Source of the DNA: Octopus vulgaris
Lineage: Eukaryota
Direction: 5' to 3'
Length of the DNA: 64,000 bases
Assembly (NCBI GenBank): GCA_951406725.2
Contig: OX597815.1
Location: 212,784,001 to 212,848,000, forward strand
Shown piece by piece: positions 35,498 to 49,135 of the stretch. Positions within the stretch are counted from its first letter, which is position 1, and each line of letters opens with the position of its first letter. A model generated the notes under the pieces. That model had not been told where the DNA came from. It worked only from the letters and a program-made list of their open reading frames with translations, and ran no database searches. The position numbers and the translations under genes were made by a program.

Positions 35498-35968
35498 GTG
35501 GAGGCACAATGGCCCAGTGGTTAGGGCAGCGAACTTGCAGTTGTAAGAATGTGGTTTTGATTCCCAGACCGGGCATTGTGAGTGTTTATTGAGTAAAAAC
35601 ACCTGAGCTCCACGAGGCTCTGGTGGTGGTGGGGTGAACCCTGCTGTACTCTTTCACTACAACTTTCTCTCACTCTTTCTTCCTATTTCTACCACAAAGC
35701 AGAGGAACCATGGTGTAACCCACTTTGGTGTGGTAAGCTTTCAGACCCTAGTCTAGATTGCGAATCCTCTGTACCCCATTCTCATTAAAAGCCACGGTTT
35801 ACAGAATGAGGATAATAATGTAGCTTTTGCGCCCGTGCAACCACCAGTCTATTGCGTGTGGTGGGTGGATCTTCAAGTTGCCGCACGCATTCTTAGTAGC
35901 TTAGAGTAAGCTCGAATTAGAGATTATTCTTTGTGGCTAATGGCGTGAATCCTGACTGGAAGAAGAAG
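35498..35968 (+). mobile_element. tRNA-headed SINE with a 12-bp TSD in TBCA intron 3
   Basis: TSD acagcagccaat at 35486-97 and 35969-80; (GAA)n tail; head shared with the SINE at 429-740. Confidence 0.82.
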
Positions 35969-36405
35969 ACAGCAGCCAATAGTTTAATACAGTTATCCAC
36001 TTAGCTTCTACATTTCAGATTCCTTATGAAATATTGAGGTGTGATAAAAATATATTTATAAAGAATGGCTTTTATTATGTAATTGAAGATGCTTTAGACC
36101 AATTTTAAAATAAGTACCTATATTAGAAATATAATTCTCCAATATGGCCAAAAGTATTTTGCTACGTATAATACATCATTGTATTTAGTAAGGTATTTCA
36201 ATGTGGTTCATTGGAGATTTTTAATCCTAACATAGCAGTACCTTCACAGTTACTTTAAATTTATTTAATAAATCTTTCGCATCCATTGAATAACCATTAC
36301 ATTTGTATAATGACAAGAATAAAGCTGATATACTTTGTCTTGTGACACTGGTTTCTGCTGCATTCCGAACTAGCTTTAAATTTAAGTATCATGGTTTGTA
36401 TGTAA

Positions 36406-36614
36406 CCCTTTAGAATTTAAACTGGCCATATCCAGCCCAAATATTCAACCTTGTTTTACATTCAAACTTGCTAGATTCAGCCTCTCACACCTATGTCCTT
36501 TTAAAAATAAACCAAATTATCAAAACCTCACAGCTAAAAATAATGCCTGAGTAATTCAAAACAACGTGAATAGATAAGCATTACATTTGACAAAGTAGTC
36601 AGAATGCTAAAGGG
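36406..36614. mobile_element. piggyBac-like MITE, same family as 10544-10765
   Basis: CCCTTTAGaATT...AATGCTAAAGGG termini with a decayed TTAA on each side. Confidence 0.7.
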
Positions 36615-37534
36615 TCAAAAATATATCCTGTGGCTGCTTCTCAATGACTGGACCTTCTCTTCAAGATCAGAAGGCATTTCTGTCCTTAGAAATTGTGTTG
36701 GCTCAAACGCTATGCAATATTTTGCTAACTTATTTGCTTTATTCATTAAGTAAACAAAAAGCAGCCAAAGTTCTGATCCGTGACTCACTCCCTCCACTCA
36801 CAACACTTCACCAACCGAGAAGAGGTGGAAACTTCAGTGAAGGAGTTCTTTGCCTCGACGGATGAGAACTGGTATCAGCATAGGATCAAAGAACTGGCAG
36901 AAAGGTGTCTTCAGGCGTGACCCTAACTGATTGGCATAAAATCTATCAAATATATGCTCCAGCCCCTACATAACTGTCTGCTATATTACTATAATGATGG
37001 CCTTTTCTCCTATTAAAAGCCTAGGGGCTAACCAAACTCATGCCAACCCACTATTCAGGTATTTCTGATCCTCTAATCACCCTTGTGTCCAACCTCCCAG
37101 GTCCAGCAGTAACCGTTATGCCCAATCCTTCCTTCCTCAGAACATCATCCCCCTGGAATTCCCTCCTTGTTAATGTCTTACCCATAAATGGTGATTCACA
37201 ATAATTCAAGAGGAAAATTAGTGACATCAATCTCAGCAGTCCACACTAGGTCATGGATACTTTCCCTTCCTCCAGACCCAGCAAGGAAAAAAGTCATTAG
37301 TTTCTGGGTTTTTAACTCAGCAGTTTAACACTTGCTTCTTGTTAAAGTTTGTCATCAGTTGGTTTACTCTTTTACTTGTTTCAGTCATTTGACTGCGGCC
37401 ATGCTGGAGCACCATTGAAAATTTTATTTTAATTTTTAGTCACTTCTAACTACATTGTTTTAAACTACTTCAACTTTTATGATGATTCAAAAGATTAAAG
37501 ATTAAGATTAAAAACATTTGTTCTTAAAACTCAC

Positions 37535-37621
37535 CAATAAATTCACAAGATCAACATAAGCTGTGTTTAATCTTTTGAGGCAGTCAGGAACCATGGCTTT
37601 AGACTCTTGAAGAACTTCTCC
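37535..37621 (-). CDS. TBCA: TBCA coding exon 3 (87 nt)
   Basis: Acceptor gttttttag; GEVLQESKAMVPDCLKRLNTAYVDLVNLL; GTGAGT donor. Confidence 0.95.
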
Positions 37622-39587
37622 CTAAAAAACATCGGTAATACACACATGCTAAATCAATGCAGTTATTTTAAAGCAATAACAACAGAACATTTACTGATAG
37701 GAAGACTTACTATTGAAAGTAGAAGAAAATTTATCAAATTAATTTTGACTGTCATTCCTGGGTAGAGCCATCAGAGAATACTTTCAGAAGCAGCTACATA
37801 TGTATACACACACACACAACACACATGCTACCTATATGTGTGTTATAGAATACATCTATAAAGAATTTAAGTTCAAAATATGTCTACCACTGAATGGCTG
37901 CATGCTTAGAGAATTAATTTACATTTAAAAAAACGATGTATATTTTATACTGAGCATTTGTAATTATAGCAATGCAAATCTATCATAAGCACCATATACA
38001 TATCCAATTCTACCCATCCTACATTTCAGACAAAGCTATGTACACAGCTCTTTCTTAGACAAACTTCAAGCAACTTGCATACATTTGTTTGTTTAATGTG
38101 TTTTTCAGTGCCAGTATATATGAAACAGTATTCTTCAATTGGTTATTCTTCCTATGACTAACTCTTATCTGTTTCCAAGCAAAAGATTTTTTATTCCAGA
38201 GGTTTTCAGAAGAACATCCCACAAAACATGGAATATCACCATTCACACACACAACAGGCTGCCTACACTTTCTATCTACCAAATTCCCTGACAAGGCATT
38301 GACTGGCTTGAGACTATAATAGAAGGCCCCTTTATCCAAGGTGCCACACAGTGGGACCAAACTTGAAACCATGTGGTTAAGAAGCAAATTTCTTAGCCAC
38401 ACAGTCATTCTTGCACCAACATTCTAAATGATTATCAATTGCAGATATTGGTGTTAGACACAAATTCCTGAATCAAGCACATTTACAGATGTCTTTAACA
38501 TTTTTATTATTGTGTCTCATGAGCAAGAGCAACACCTACAAGTATGGACTTTTTTTGGATTAGTGGATGGATCAACAGTGCATAAGATTGGAGATGTTAA
38601 TGTGGAATTTAAAAAGTTGAGGCTTTAAGTTTTTCAGGACAACATGGCAAACAAGCAGGAATAATAGGATAGCATCACTAAGAATGGTTATTAAGAAGGA
38701 TCCAAAACAGCTCAGTGGAAATGGTAAGCCCTAGTTTGAGTCAGGAAGAGAATTCTACAAACTGGGAACTGTTCAGGGGAATAAGTAATATTTGAATTTT
38801 GATGTTTAAATAGTGCCAGGTTGGGTTGAGGTGAGTTGATAATGAAAGAAACTGGATAGCTGAGGCTTCAAAGAAAAAATTCTGTGCAATTAGATTAATA
38901 GTATTAATTAGATCAATGGTTTCCCAACAACTTTTTACCTGTGGACTTCCTTGATTTCTACTTTACTCAAGTGGACCCTCGTGGTTAGAAAATCCTATTA
39001 CATTTTTATGATTAGATATTCTTAGGAATTATATTAAAAAAAATTAACATATTTTGTTTATTGTAGAAGTATAACCAATTTATGTCATCCCCCAAGGGTC
39101 CTATGGACCCTAATCGAGAACAATTTTATCAGATAAAAATATATAACACTGCTATCCTTAGTAAACTAAATATTAAAAGACTGAGAATTGTCAGGCATTT
39201 GCTGAGGTTTTATAAAGATTCAGTAATTGATCTTTCTGCTTTAGGCAAAACCAACTAATGAAGTAACTTCTACATGGTTACTTGACCTGTTAAATATAAC
39301 AACAAAATCTTCCTCAAATCATAATGTACCACTTAAGAAAAGGAAGGACCATTTTGGAAAATGCAGTCATAGATGCCCTTTTTTCATTTACAGTTTGTTC
39401 ATCCATGCTAGTGTAGAGTGGACAGGGATGTATATGAGGCAAGATCTGCAGAAGGATGCTTTTCTTATTACCAATAGTTAAGCCTTCAAATGTGTAGAAC
39501 AACTGGTTTTAATGTCAACATTCATGCACTTACACGAGTGGATAGGGATACATATACAAACAAATAAATATGTATATATGTTGACAT

Positions 39588-39993
39588 AGGCGCAGGAATG
39601 GCTGTGTAGTAAGTAGCTTGTTTACAGACCACATGGTTCCGGGTTCAGTCCCACTGCGTGGCATCTTGGGCAAGTGTCTTCTACTATAGCCTCGGGCCGA
39701 CCAAAGCCTTGTGAGTGGATTTGGTAGATGGAAACTGAAAGAAGCCCGTCGTATATATGTATATATATATATGTGTATGTGTGTCTGTGTATGTGTGTCT
39801 GTGTTTGTCCCACTAGCATTGCTTGACAACTGATGCTGGTGTGTTTATGTGCCCGTCACTTAGCAGTTCGGCAAAAGAGACCGATAGAATAAGTACTGGG
39901 CTTACAAAAGAATAAGTCCCGGGGTCGAGTTGCTCGATTAAAGGCGGTGCTCCAGCATGGCCGCAGTCAAATGACTGAAACAAGTAAAAGAGA
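39588..39993 (+). mobile_element. SINE family 1, well-preserved copy in TBCA intron 2
   Basis: Colinear with 3336-3728 from head to tail. Confidence 0.88.
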
Positions 39994-41138
39994 GTATGTG
40001 TACACACACATATATATATACATGAAGGCACATGGCTCAGTGGTTAAAACATCAGGCTCACAATCATGAGGTAGTGAGCTCAATTCCTAGACCGAGCTGT
40101 GTTGTGTTCTTGAGCAAGACACTTTATTCCACATTGCCCCAGTCCACTCAGCTGTAGAAATGAGTCGCAACATCACTGGTGCCAAGCTGCATTGGCCTTT
40201 GCCTTTCTCTTGGATAACATTGGTGTCATGGAGACGGGAGGTCGGTATGCATGGGAAACTGTTGGTCTTCCATAAACAACCTTGCTCAAACTTGTGCCTT
40301 GGAGTGGAACTTTCAAGGTGCAATCCCATGGTCATTCATGACCAAATAAGGTCTTTATCCTTCTAATACATATATCATTATCATTGTTTTATCGGTTTCA
40401 GCTCAAAAAGCTGTGGCCATGCTGGGGCAGTTTGCATGGGTCATCTGGAATTTGTTGAGGCAAATTGTTCTATGGCCAGCTTTAATTTTCTGTTTCCACA
40501 CATTTTTCCATGGAAGATTAGAAATGAAGGACACCACTTGTTTGGTAGTGACACTCATTTACAACCATCATGCAATATCAAAGCAAGGAGACAGTAAGGC
40601 ACATATACAATGAGCTTCTTTCAGTTTCTGTCAATGAGGCTCAGCCCAAGGTGAGACTGAACCTGAAACAGTGTGGTTGGGAAGCCAACTTCTTGCCACA
40701 TAGCCACGTGACAAAAACTAAAAAGGTTTCAATATTATGATGTTAATTAAAGCAGTGAACCACCAGAAACGTTAGAACGCTGGGGAAAATGCTTAGTAGC
40801 ATTTTATCCATCTTTACATTCTGCCGAGGTCAGCTTTACCGTTCATTCTTTAGAGGTTGATAAAATAAATACCAGTTGACCACTGGGATCGATATAATCA
40901 ACTTACCTCTTCCCCACTAAAATTGCTGGCTTTGTGCCAAAATTTGAACTCAATATTATGACACGAGTTTGGCTTTAAAAGAGAATACAAAATATTATTA
41001 AAATGGAAGTCTCAAAAAGTTCGCCATTTGATTTCAGAGGTTTCATTCTTAAAGCCAAAAAAACATGGAGAAACTCTTTTCAAAGCCCGGAAAGCAAAAT
41101 GTTTGAAACATGTGGTGTATTATTAACATCAGACTGAC

Positions 41139-41244
41139 CTGTTTTTTTATGTCATATTCATCTTTTCCTTCATCCTTCATTTTTTGTATTCGCCTTTCTT
41201 GGTCTTCGACTTCTTTTTCATAGCTACTCTTCTCCTTTGTCAAT
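41139..41244 (-). CDS. TBCA: TBCA coding exon 2 (106 nt)
   Basis: Acceptor ttttacctccccag; (R)LTKEKSSYEKEVEDQERRIQKMKDEGKDEYDIKKQ; GTCAGT donor. Confidence 0.95.
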
Positions 41245-41987
41245 CTGGGGAGGTAAAACATTGAGACATAAATAAAGTATCTTCTTTCATATAGTTATGT
41301 GGTTAAGAGGTTTGCCTTCCAACCACACGCTTACAGGTCCATTTCCAATGTATAACACCTTGGGCAAACATCTTCTACTATAGCCCTGGGCTGACCAAAG
41401 CCTTGTGTGTAGGTCCAGTACACAGAAATGGGAAAGAAGCCCACTGCATATATATATTTGTCATCTGGTCTTGACGTAGGCAGAAAGATATAAACAAGTA
41501 TGACTGTCATACAAGTGGGGTTTCTTGTTTCCAATGTTCTAAGAAATCATCTCCAATCTGGGGGAATATTACCATATTTGGAAACAGCTGAGAGTTGACA
41601 GGAAAGCATCTGACCATTAAAAGTCTGCCACAGAAAAACTCCATCTGACCCATGCAAATATGGAAAAGTGGACATTAAAATGATGCCAATGGTGATGATC
41701 CGTCAGCATGGTTTCATGTTTATGTTAACATTGGTAAGATTATCAGCAGAACCTCAATCTAGGTGTCTTCATTTTTAAAAATTCCTGTAATATCCCATAT
41801 AACAACAGGACTTCTGTGATTTCCCTACATTTGGCAATAGATACAACACAAATACAACTACTGTATTATTTTTGAATCCGCAGGGTTTCCCTTTTTCTAG
41901 AACCAGAAATCTTTTTTGTTTTATATCTTTTCATTACTTTTTACAGTCTTTCCTCTGTTCATCAAAACTGTTTTGTACCTAATCTTA

Positions 41988-42021
<34 letters not shown>

Positions 42022-43492
42022 GTTACTTTACTGTAGAAATAGGAATATAAATTGATGTGTATGTGTGCGTGTATAATTTCCACAACAACACATGCAACTT
42101 GCATAAGTCAGATGAAATTCATTAAGGCAGTTTTTCTTTGCCTTGATGCTCCTACTGTTGCAAACCTTCACCTGTTTCCAAGCAAGGTAATATCTTACCA
42201 AGTCTTGCCATCATGAATAGGACAACAGCAAGACTGCAAACGAATAACACTGCTTGTATGATGGTGACATCTGTTTACATGTAGTGCTCAACATGAAGTG
42301 AAGAGAAACAAACATGCACACATGTATACATATTCGCATGAAAAGCTTCTTTCAGACAATCAAATCCACTCACAAGGTTTTGATTAGTCTGGGGTTATCA
42401 AAGATACCTGTTTGTGTGTTATACACACACACACATACATACATACACATGTATGTGTGGCTGTGTGCTATGAAGCTTGCTTCCCAATCTCAGGCAAGCG
42501 TTTTCTACTACAGCCTTGAGAGTGAATTTGGTAGACAGAAACAGAAAGCAACCAGTTGTAGATTTATGTAAATATATATATATAGGTATGTGAGTATATA
42601 TATGTATGAATGAGTGAGTGCTGGCAACAGGAAGGGCATCAGGCTGTAGAAATCTACCTCAATGAATTCCACTCAACCTATGCAGACACAGAAAAGTGGA
42701 TGTTAATAACAGACACACATACATAAATCATAATTATTTATGTCCATTTTCCAGGTAGGCATGGGTTGGATGAGGGAGACTTTCCAGCACAGCATTTTCA
42801 CAATTGATTGGTCCTTTGTCATACCCATACCAGCAGACAAAACCCACCAATTTTTCGTTGTGCATGTCACATAAGATCTGAACTTATGTAGTTCCCGTAT
42901 GCTAACCACAGTCATTACTGACATCAAGTCATTGAAGTCACTTGTAGAGAAGGAAGATATCTTTATCATCATTTAACATCCACTTTTCTATGCTTGCATG
43001 GGGCAGATGGAATTTGTCGAAGCAGATTTTCTAAGGCCAGATCCCCTTCTATTTTGTCAACCATTCCCTGCTTCTGAGAAAGTTAATATTTTCCCATAGA
43101 CATGTTTTCCACAGGAGACTGGAAACAACATTGCTTGTAAGATGATGAAGACGCTGATTTACAACTCTCAAGGCAAGTGATATACATAAACACATATACA
43201 AGATATATATATATATAAGGGTTTCTCTTAAATGCCCTGGTGGGAGGTTGGAGATAATTTCTGCTACATAGGGCACCAAATTAGTAGCAGGGGAGGATGC
43301 ACCTATATATAATATATATGAAGATATATAGGTATACAATGAAGTAATAATAAAATAAGAGAGAGAGAGAGTAAGAAGACAACTAATAGTGATGGGGTAA
43401 AGACCAAATGATATGAGTGTCTTCTACTATAAACCCCTGGTTGACCAAAGCCTTGTGAATGGATTTAGTAGAAAGAAACTGAAAGAAACCTG

Positions 43493-43548
<56 letters not shown>

Positions 43549-43701
43549 TCAACATCATCAGTTAACGTCTGTGTTCCATGCTGGTTTGACAGGAACTAAC
43601 CAGGAAGAAGCTTGCACCAGACTTCTGTAACTGTTTTGGCAGGATTTTTACAGCTGGATGTCCTTCTTAACACCAACCACCCAGCCCCAGCCGAGTGGAC
43701 A

Positions 43702-43738
<37 letters not shown>

Positions 43739-45200
43739 TGCCTTTGTCATTATTAAACTAATGCTAAGAACATGAGTTGGCATAACATTTTAATTGAACG
43801 TCTTAATTTAGATCACTTAAAATGGGAAGTTTATTAATGTAGACAGGAGCTATAAAAAACATGCTATAAAATATTTCCGTTATCTTAAAACAAAATACTT
43901 CTCACTTTAAGTCAATTCACCAGTTATAGATGTCACATATTCATTCAAACAACCAACGCCAATATTCAAAACAAGAAATTGGTGAAATGAACAACCAACA
44001 GCTTTGCTATCACTGAAAGAAATCACATTTAAAAAAAAAATTTCTAACCATTTCCGAGTTATGATAAAAGATCAGCCGCACTTCTTTGAAATGTTAATAC
44101 AATTAAATTTCATTAGGTAAATCGTTCTGATTCGAATTGAAATGCATCTGTCTTTATCTGCACCAACTGAAATCACTAATCTCAAAATAGGATTGCTATT
44201 GAATGAGTCTAAAATATGAGGCCAGGTTGAGATCTTAAAATCTTTTATAGAAATATGCAAAGAATGTAACTCATCGGAATGTTGCTACCTTTGAACGTTG
44301 CACCTTTACAGTTCGAAGGGAATTAAGTTACACTTTATTATAGACTACAGAAGCTGTTCATGTTTGTTTTTTTAATCAGATAAAACCAACACACTTATTA
44401 TTTAAAAGTAATATGCAGACACTGGCATTCGGTAAGTAAGGAAGTGCCTGGTGACATCATCTTCTTCTGAGTCATCATTATAAAACAAGTGTCTGAAATT
44501 TCCGCTGGTCTCGACGAAGGAAAAGTATTCGATGTGAAGAGAGTCAAGAAGAAGCCTCAAAATGGCTAAATTCCCTTCGACTCAGACCCAGGAGTCATAA
44601 AAAAAATTAAGCACATTAAACAATGCAACTATGAGTCTGCGAAAAGATGGAATAATCATGGATTGCATCTATATTCGATGATAGGTTTGCTCAGACAGGA
44701 CCGACCGGGGGCTAAACAATAGAAACATCGATTGCTATCTCGGTTGTTACCCTTCCACTGCAAATAGCAACCAATTTCTCTCAGGTGACACCTTGTTGTC
44801 TTCTCGAGGCAAAGAAACGACCCAATATTATTACACTTAAAATACAGGATGGCCATGGTTTGGAAACCTTTTGATCGATGTTGGATGAATCAAGGTTGCC
44901 ATGGAGCAAATCAACAACATTTTTGCACTTTTGCAGCTTCTTCAGTTGTGGAGGAAGATGAAGAAAAAAGCATCTTTGCTGAACCTTTTTTATAATTTAC
45001 AATGAAAAAGTCAACGATTTAATGTTACTTTCGTTGGTAATTGTTGAGGTTTTAAATACATTTTGCATTCAATTAAACTGCAATTACACAAAATAATAAA
45101 TAATAATTAATAATTAATAATTAATAAATAAGGGAAATCTAAAAAGCTTCAATTCATGTCAGAACCTAAAATTATTAAAGACGGGATCAATTATGTTTAC

Positions 45201-45253
45201 CGCTTTACGACTCCTGTCTTGATGCGAATCTGTTTAATTCGTGGATCTGCCAT
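45201..45253 (-). CDS. TBCA: Tubulin-specific chaperone A, coding exon 1 (53 nt)
   Basis: MADPRIKQIRIKTGVVKR, the recognisable TBCA N-terminus. Phase-2 GT donor at 45200. Confidence 0.95.
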
Positions 45254-45371
45254 TATTCTGGTGATAAATGATTTGTTTCGCTGGAATCCGAGGAAATTTC
45301 CCAGGAATTCGGTTTCTGTTTCCAACACAAACACAAAACCACTGAATGGCACGAGACAGGAACTGCAGATG

Positions 45372-45383
45372 TACGCATGCGCA
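45372..45383. promoter_or_regulatory. NRF1-like element in the TBCA proximal promoter
   Basis: TACGCATGCGCA, one mismatch to the palindromic NRF1/ewg consensus TGCGCATGCGCA. It lies about 120 bp upstream of the TBCA ATG in a CpG-enriched patch. Confidence 0.45.
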
Positions 45384-45451
45384 TAACCGGTCCTTGCTAC
45401 ACAAGTTCCACGACTCGTCCGAGAATTTCAGTGATTATCTTTTCTTTCATC

Positions 45452-45679
45452 AAGGCGGCGAGATGGCAGAAACGGTAGCACGCCGGGCGGAATGCGTAGC
45501 CGCATTTCGCCTGCCGTTACGGTTCTGAGTTCAAATTCCGCCGAGGTCGACTTTGCCTTTCATCCTTTCGGGGTCGATTAAATAAGTACCAGTTACGCAC
45601 TGGGGTCGATGTAATCGACTTAATCCGTTTGTTTGTCCTCTCTGTGTTTAGCCCCTTGTGGGTAGTAAAGAATTAGGTT
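45452..45679 (+). mobile_element. tRNA-derived SINE family 2 (Meta-domain-like core), 200 bp upstream of the TBCA ATG
   Basis: Head aggcggcgag..ggcagaa, B box gagttcaaattcc and core gcctttcatcctttcggggtcgat. Other copies at 2650-2882(-), about 40750-40950(+) and about 46865-47227(-). Confidence 0.85.
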
Positions 45680-48600
45680 ATTAAGAAATTTGTGGGGGAA
45701 ATCTTTTCCAAGGAGATGGGGAGAGGACTTCGGGAAATTTACAAGATTCACAAGATCCGAGTTTTTCCCTCGTAACTTTGAGGAAGATGGATATCTTTTA
45801 ATGAAATTGTATATAAATACCTTTTAAACGGCAGACATTACAGATGTCTAATGTGCCGCAAAACCCCTATTTTTCTTTGGAAAAGGAGTGGGGGAGGAAA
45901 CCGGAATTATTGGAAAATGTTTTTCCTTTTTTTTCGATGAATGAATTACAGTGACCTAATATGCCACAAAACACTATTTTGTCCGGAAAACGGGGGCTGA
46001 TCCTTTCATTAAAATTTCGTTAAATTTTTACAAGTGCCTCCAAGTGCTCAACTATATGCGGTGCTCCAGCATGTCTGCAATCAAATGACTGAAACAAAAT
46101 AAAAGAAAAAGAATTAATCTAATCTTATCATTCCATTTTGCCGAACTGCTATATTACAAGGACATAAATGCACCAACACCGGTTGTCAAGTTGTGATGGG
46201 ACACACACAGACATGCATCCACATGCGTGCACACACACACACAAATATATATAAAATGTTTTTTTCAATTTCCGTCTACCAAATCCATGCACTGGGCCTG
46301 AAACTATAGTAGAAGACACTTACCCAAGGTGCGATGTAGAGGGATTGAACCCAGAACTATGTGGTTGGGTAGTAAGCTTCTTACCATACAGCCATGCCTG
46401 ATCTAACTCGAAGCAGATAAAGCTATAGATAACATCATGTAAATTTTGGGTTACAAAAACCGTTAGAGTAGAAAAAGTGGTCTCACAAGCAGCTTTTGAT
46501 TTTTTCTATCCAAAAGTGATTTTTAACCCAATATTTATAGTAAGAATGAGAAACCATTTTCAAGAAACGAACTGCAACAGACAAAGCCCTTCCTCAGGCA
46601 GGCTGCACTATTAACAAAAAAAAACTGAAGGTAATTTTTCATTAAGCGTGCCATTCAGAAAGTCCTATGGATGACTAATTTATAGCTGTTTCTGCTTCGA
46701 GTTATACTGTTCCAAAAGAAGGAAAAGAAAAAACTTCATGTTCTTTTGAAAGTTTATAAAATTCTTATGACATTAGCATATTTATTTTAATTTCATATTT
46801 TGTAAACAGTTGCTGTATTGGTTTTAAATTTTGTCACAAGGCTAGCATGGCCAGGAGAGGGAATAAGTCAATTACATTGATCCCAGTAATCAACTGGTAC
46901 TATTTTACTGACCCTGGAATGATGAAAGGCAAAGTCGAGCACAGCATAATTTGAACTCAAAACATAAAGACAGATGAAATGCCAGCTTACCGCCTTAAAC
47001 AATAGCAAGATTGATTTCAAATTTTGGCACAAGTCCAGCAATTTCGGAGGAGGGGATAAGCCTATTGCAAGACCCCCAACACTCAACTGGTATGTATTTT
47101 ATCGACCCCGAAAAGGATGAATGGTAAAGACAACCTTGGCAGAATTTGAACACAGAATGTAAAGATGAACAAAATGTCACTAAGCATTTTGCCCAGTGTG
47201 CCAACCATTCTGCCAGCTCACTGCCTTCAGCAACATTAGTTACAGGTTTCTACTGGGCCAATCACAGGTTCATTGTGTTTCTGAAAGTGACAGTGAGGTA
47301 GGAATACTGCAGGCTTTTTGGTTTCTAGCTGACAAGACACATGTGCAAATGTATACGTGGATACACACACACATCCATCTGTTTCCTGTACAGTTTCCAC
47401 TAACAGAATTTAGTCACAAGGCATTGATGTAGTCCAGGGTTATAGAAGAAGATATTAACCTATGGTGTCACACAGCTTAAAACGTGGCTGAGAAGCAAAT
47501 GAACGATTGAATGTGTGCGTGTGTGTACATGCATCTAGCCTAGTGGTTAGCATATTCAGCTCACAATTGTGAGGTTGGGGCTTTGATTTCCGATGATACA
47601 TTGTGTCCTTGAGCAAGACACTTTATTTCATGTGGCTCCAGTCCACTCAGCTGGCAAAAATGAGTAGTGCCTGTATTTCAAAGGGCCAGCTCCCATACTG
47701 TGTCATACTGAATCTCCCTGACAACAGCATTAAGGGTACTCATGTCTGTGGAATGCTCAGCCACTCGAGTGGTAATTCCACAAGCAGGCTGTTCTGTTGA
47801 GTGAATCAACTGGTTCATTGGTGATAGTCACCGATGGAGTGCCAGTAATAATGCATATATCCAAGTACATAAATGCAAACAAGATGGACCAAATACCAAG
47901 CTGTGTACTATTGTGTTTGCTGGAGGCCATTGTCATGTGGATTGTTTGTTGTAGGCCTTTCTAGGTTGAATCACCATTTTTGCAGGGTCAAGTTGTCAAG
48001 AAAGATTGATGCTGTATTTCCATTAACTGAAAATAAAATCAGGCTGGTTGCATATAGTACAACAAAAGCAAACTCACAAACGTTTAACAACAGATTTTAT
48101 TGATGGATAAATGTAAATGTATCATACAGAAATTAACACAGTCTCACTGATATTCAGAATAGTTTCTAAGAATTGAGTCAACTGTGTTTGTTTAGCCATT
48201 AGCTGTCTGGAAAAGTGCAAAACAAAAGTTAAAGTCCACTGCAAATTGTCAAGGCCTGTTGGATGAAAATCAAAATTTGTCTTGCTTGAAATGCCAACAA
48301 CACTCTGATGTGATTTCGGTGCTAAACTGCTTAGCTTGGGCAGGAATCCCAAGAATATTTGAGGTGTTCATGGCATGGCTTAAAGCTGATTGGTTGATTT
48401 TAAAGTTGTCCATATCAACATGTTGTGGCTTTTTCATGATCATGAACTGACAATTTCCCAGTTGAGGTTCAAATCCTTACAATATAATTAGTCTCTAAAT
48501 ATTTTTATATTAGTCCAGTTCGTTTCCATTTAGTAATATGAAGCATATAATAATAATCTATTAAGTTTTCAGGCATCAGATAAAACCATATATATGTATA

Positions 48601-49135
48601 TATGTATGTATGTATGGATGGATGAATGGACAGACGGCCGGACATATGGATGGATGGACAGACACATAGATAGATAAACAGACAGATACATACACACCCA
48701 CACACAAACATATATGACAAGCTTCCGCACAGTTTCAGCCAACCAAATTCCACTGACAATGTACTGGTTAACCCAAGGCTCTAGTAGAACTGTAGAAGAC
48801 ATTTATTCCAAATGCCACACACAAGGATCAAACCTGGAGTCAATCTGTATATGACTAACATTTTCCTCTAAAGATTCAAGATGTGAATTGAAATATAATA
48901 GAAGGAAACACGTAGCAGTGAAATGAACTTCTTAAACACACAAGAATGCCCAAGTCTGATAGTAGCCATCTTCCTTCAGACTGTACATATACTCTAAGTA
49001 AAATTTCAGATTGTTATTGTAAACTAATAAATTGGTAACAATTTTACAGGTCACTGTAGATTTAGCAGATCAGCTTTGATTTTCACTTTCTAGTGTGTGG
49101 TGTGGGTGGGTACAAAATAAATAGCCCAATACAAG

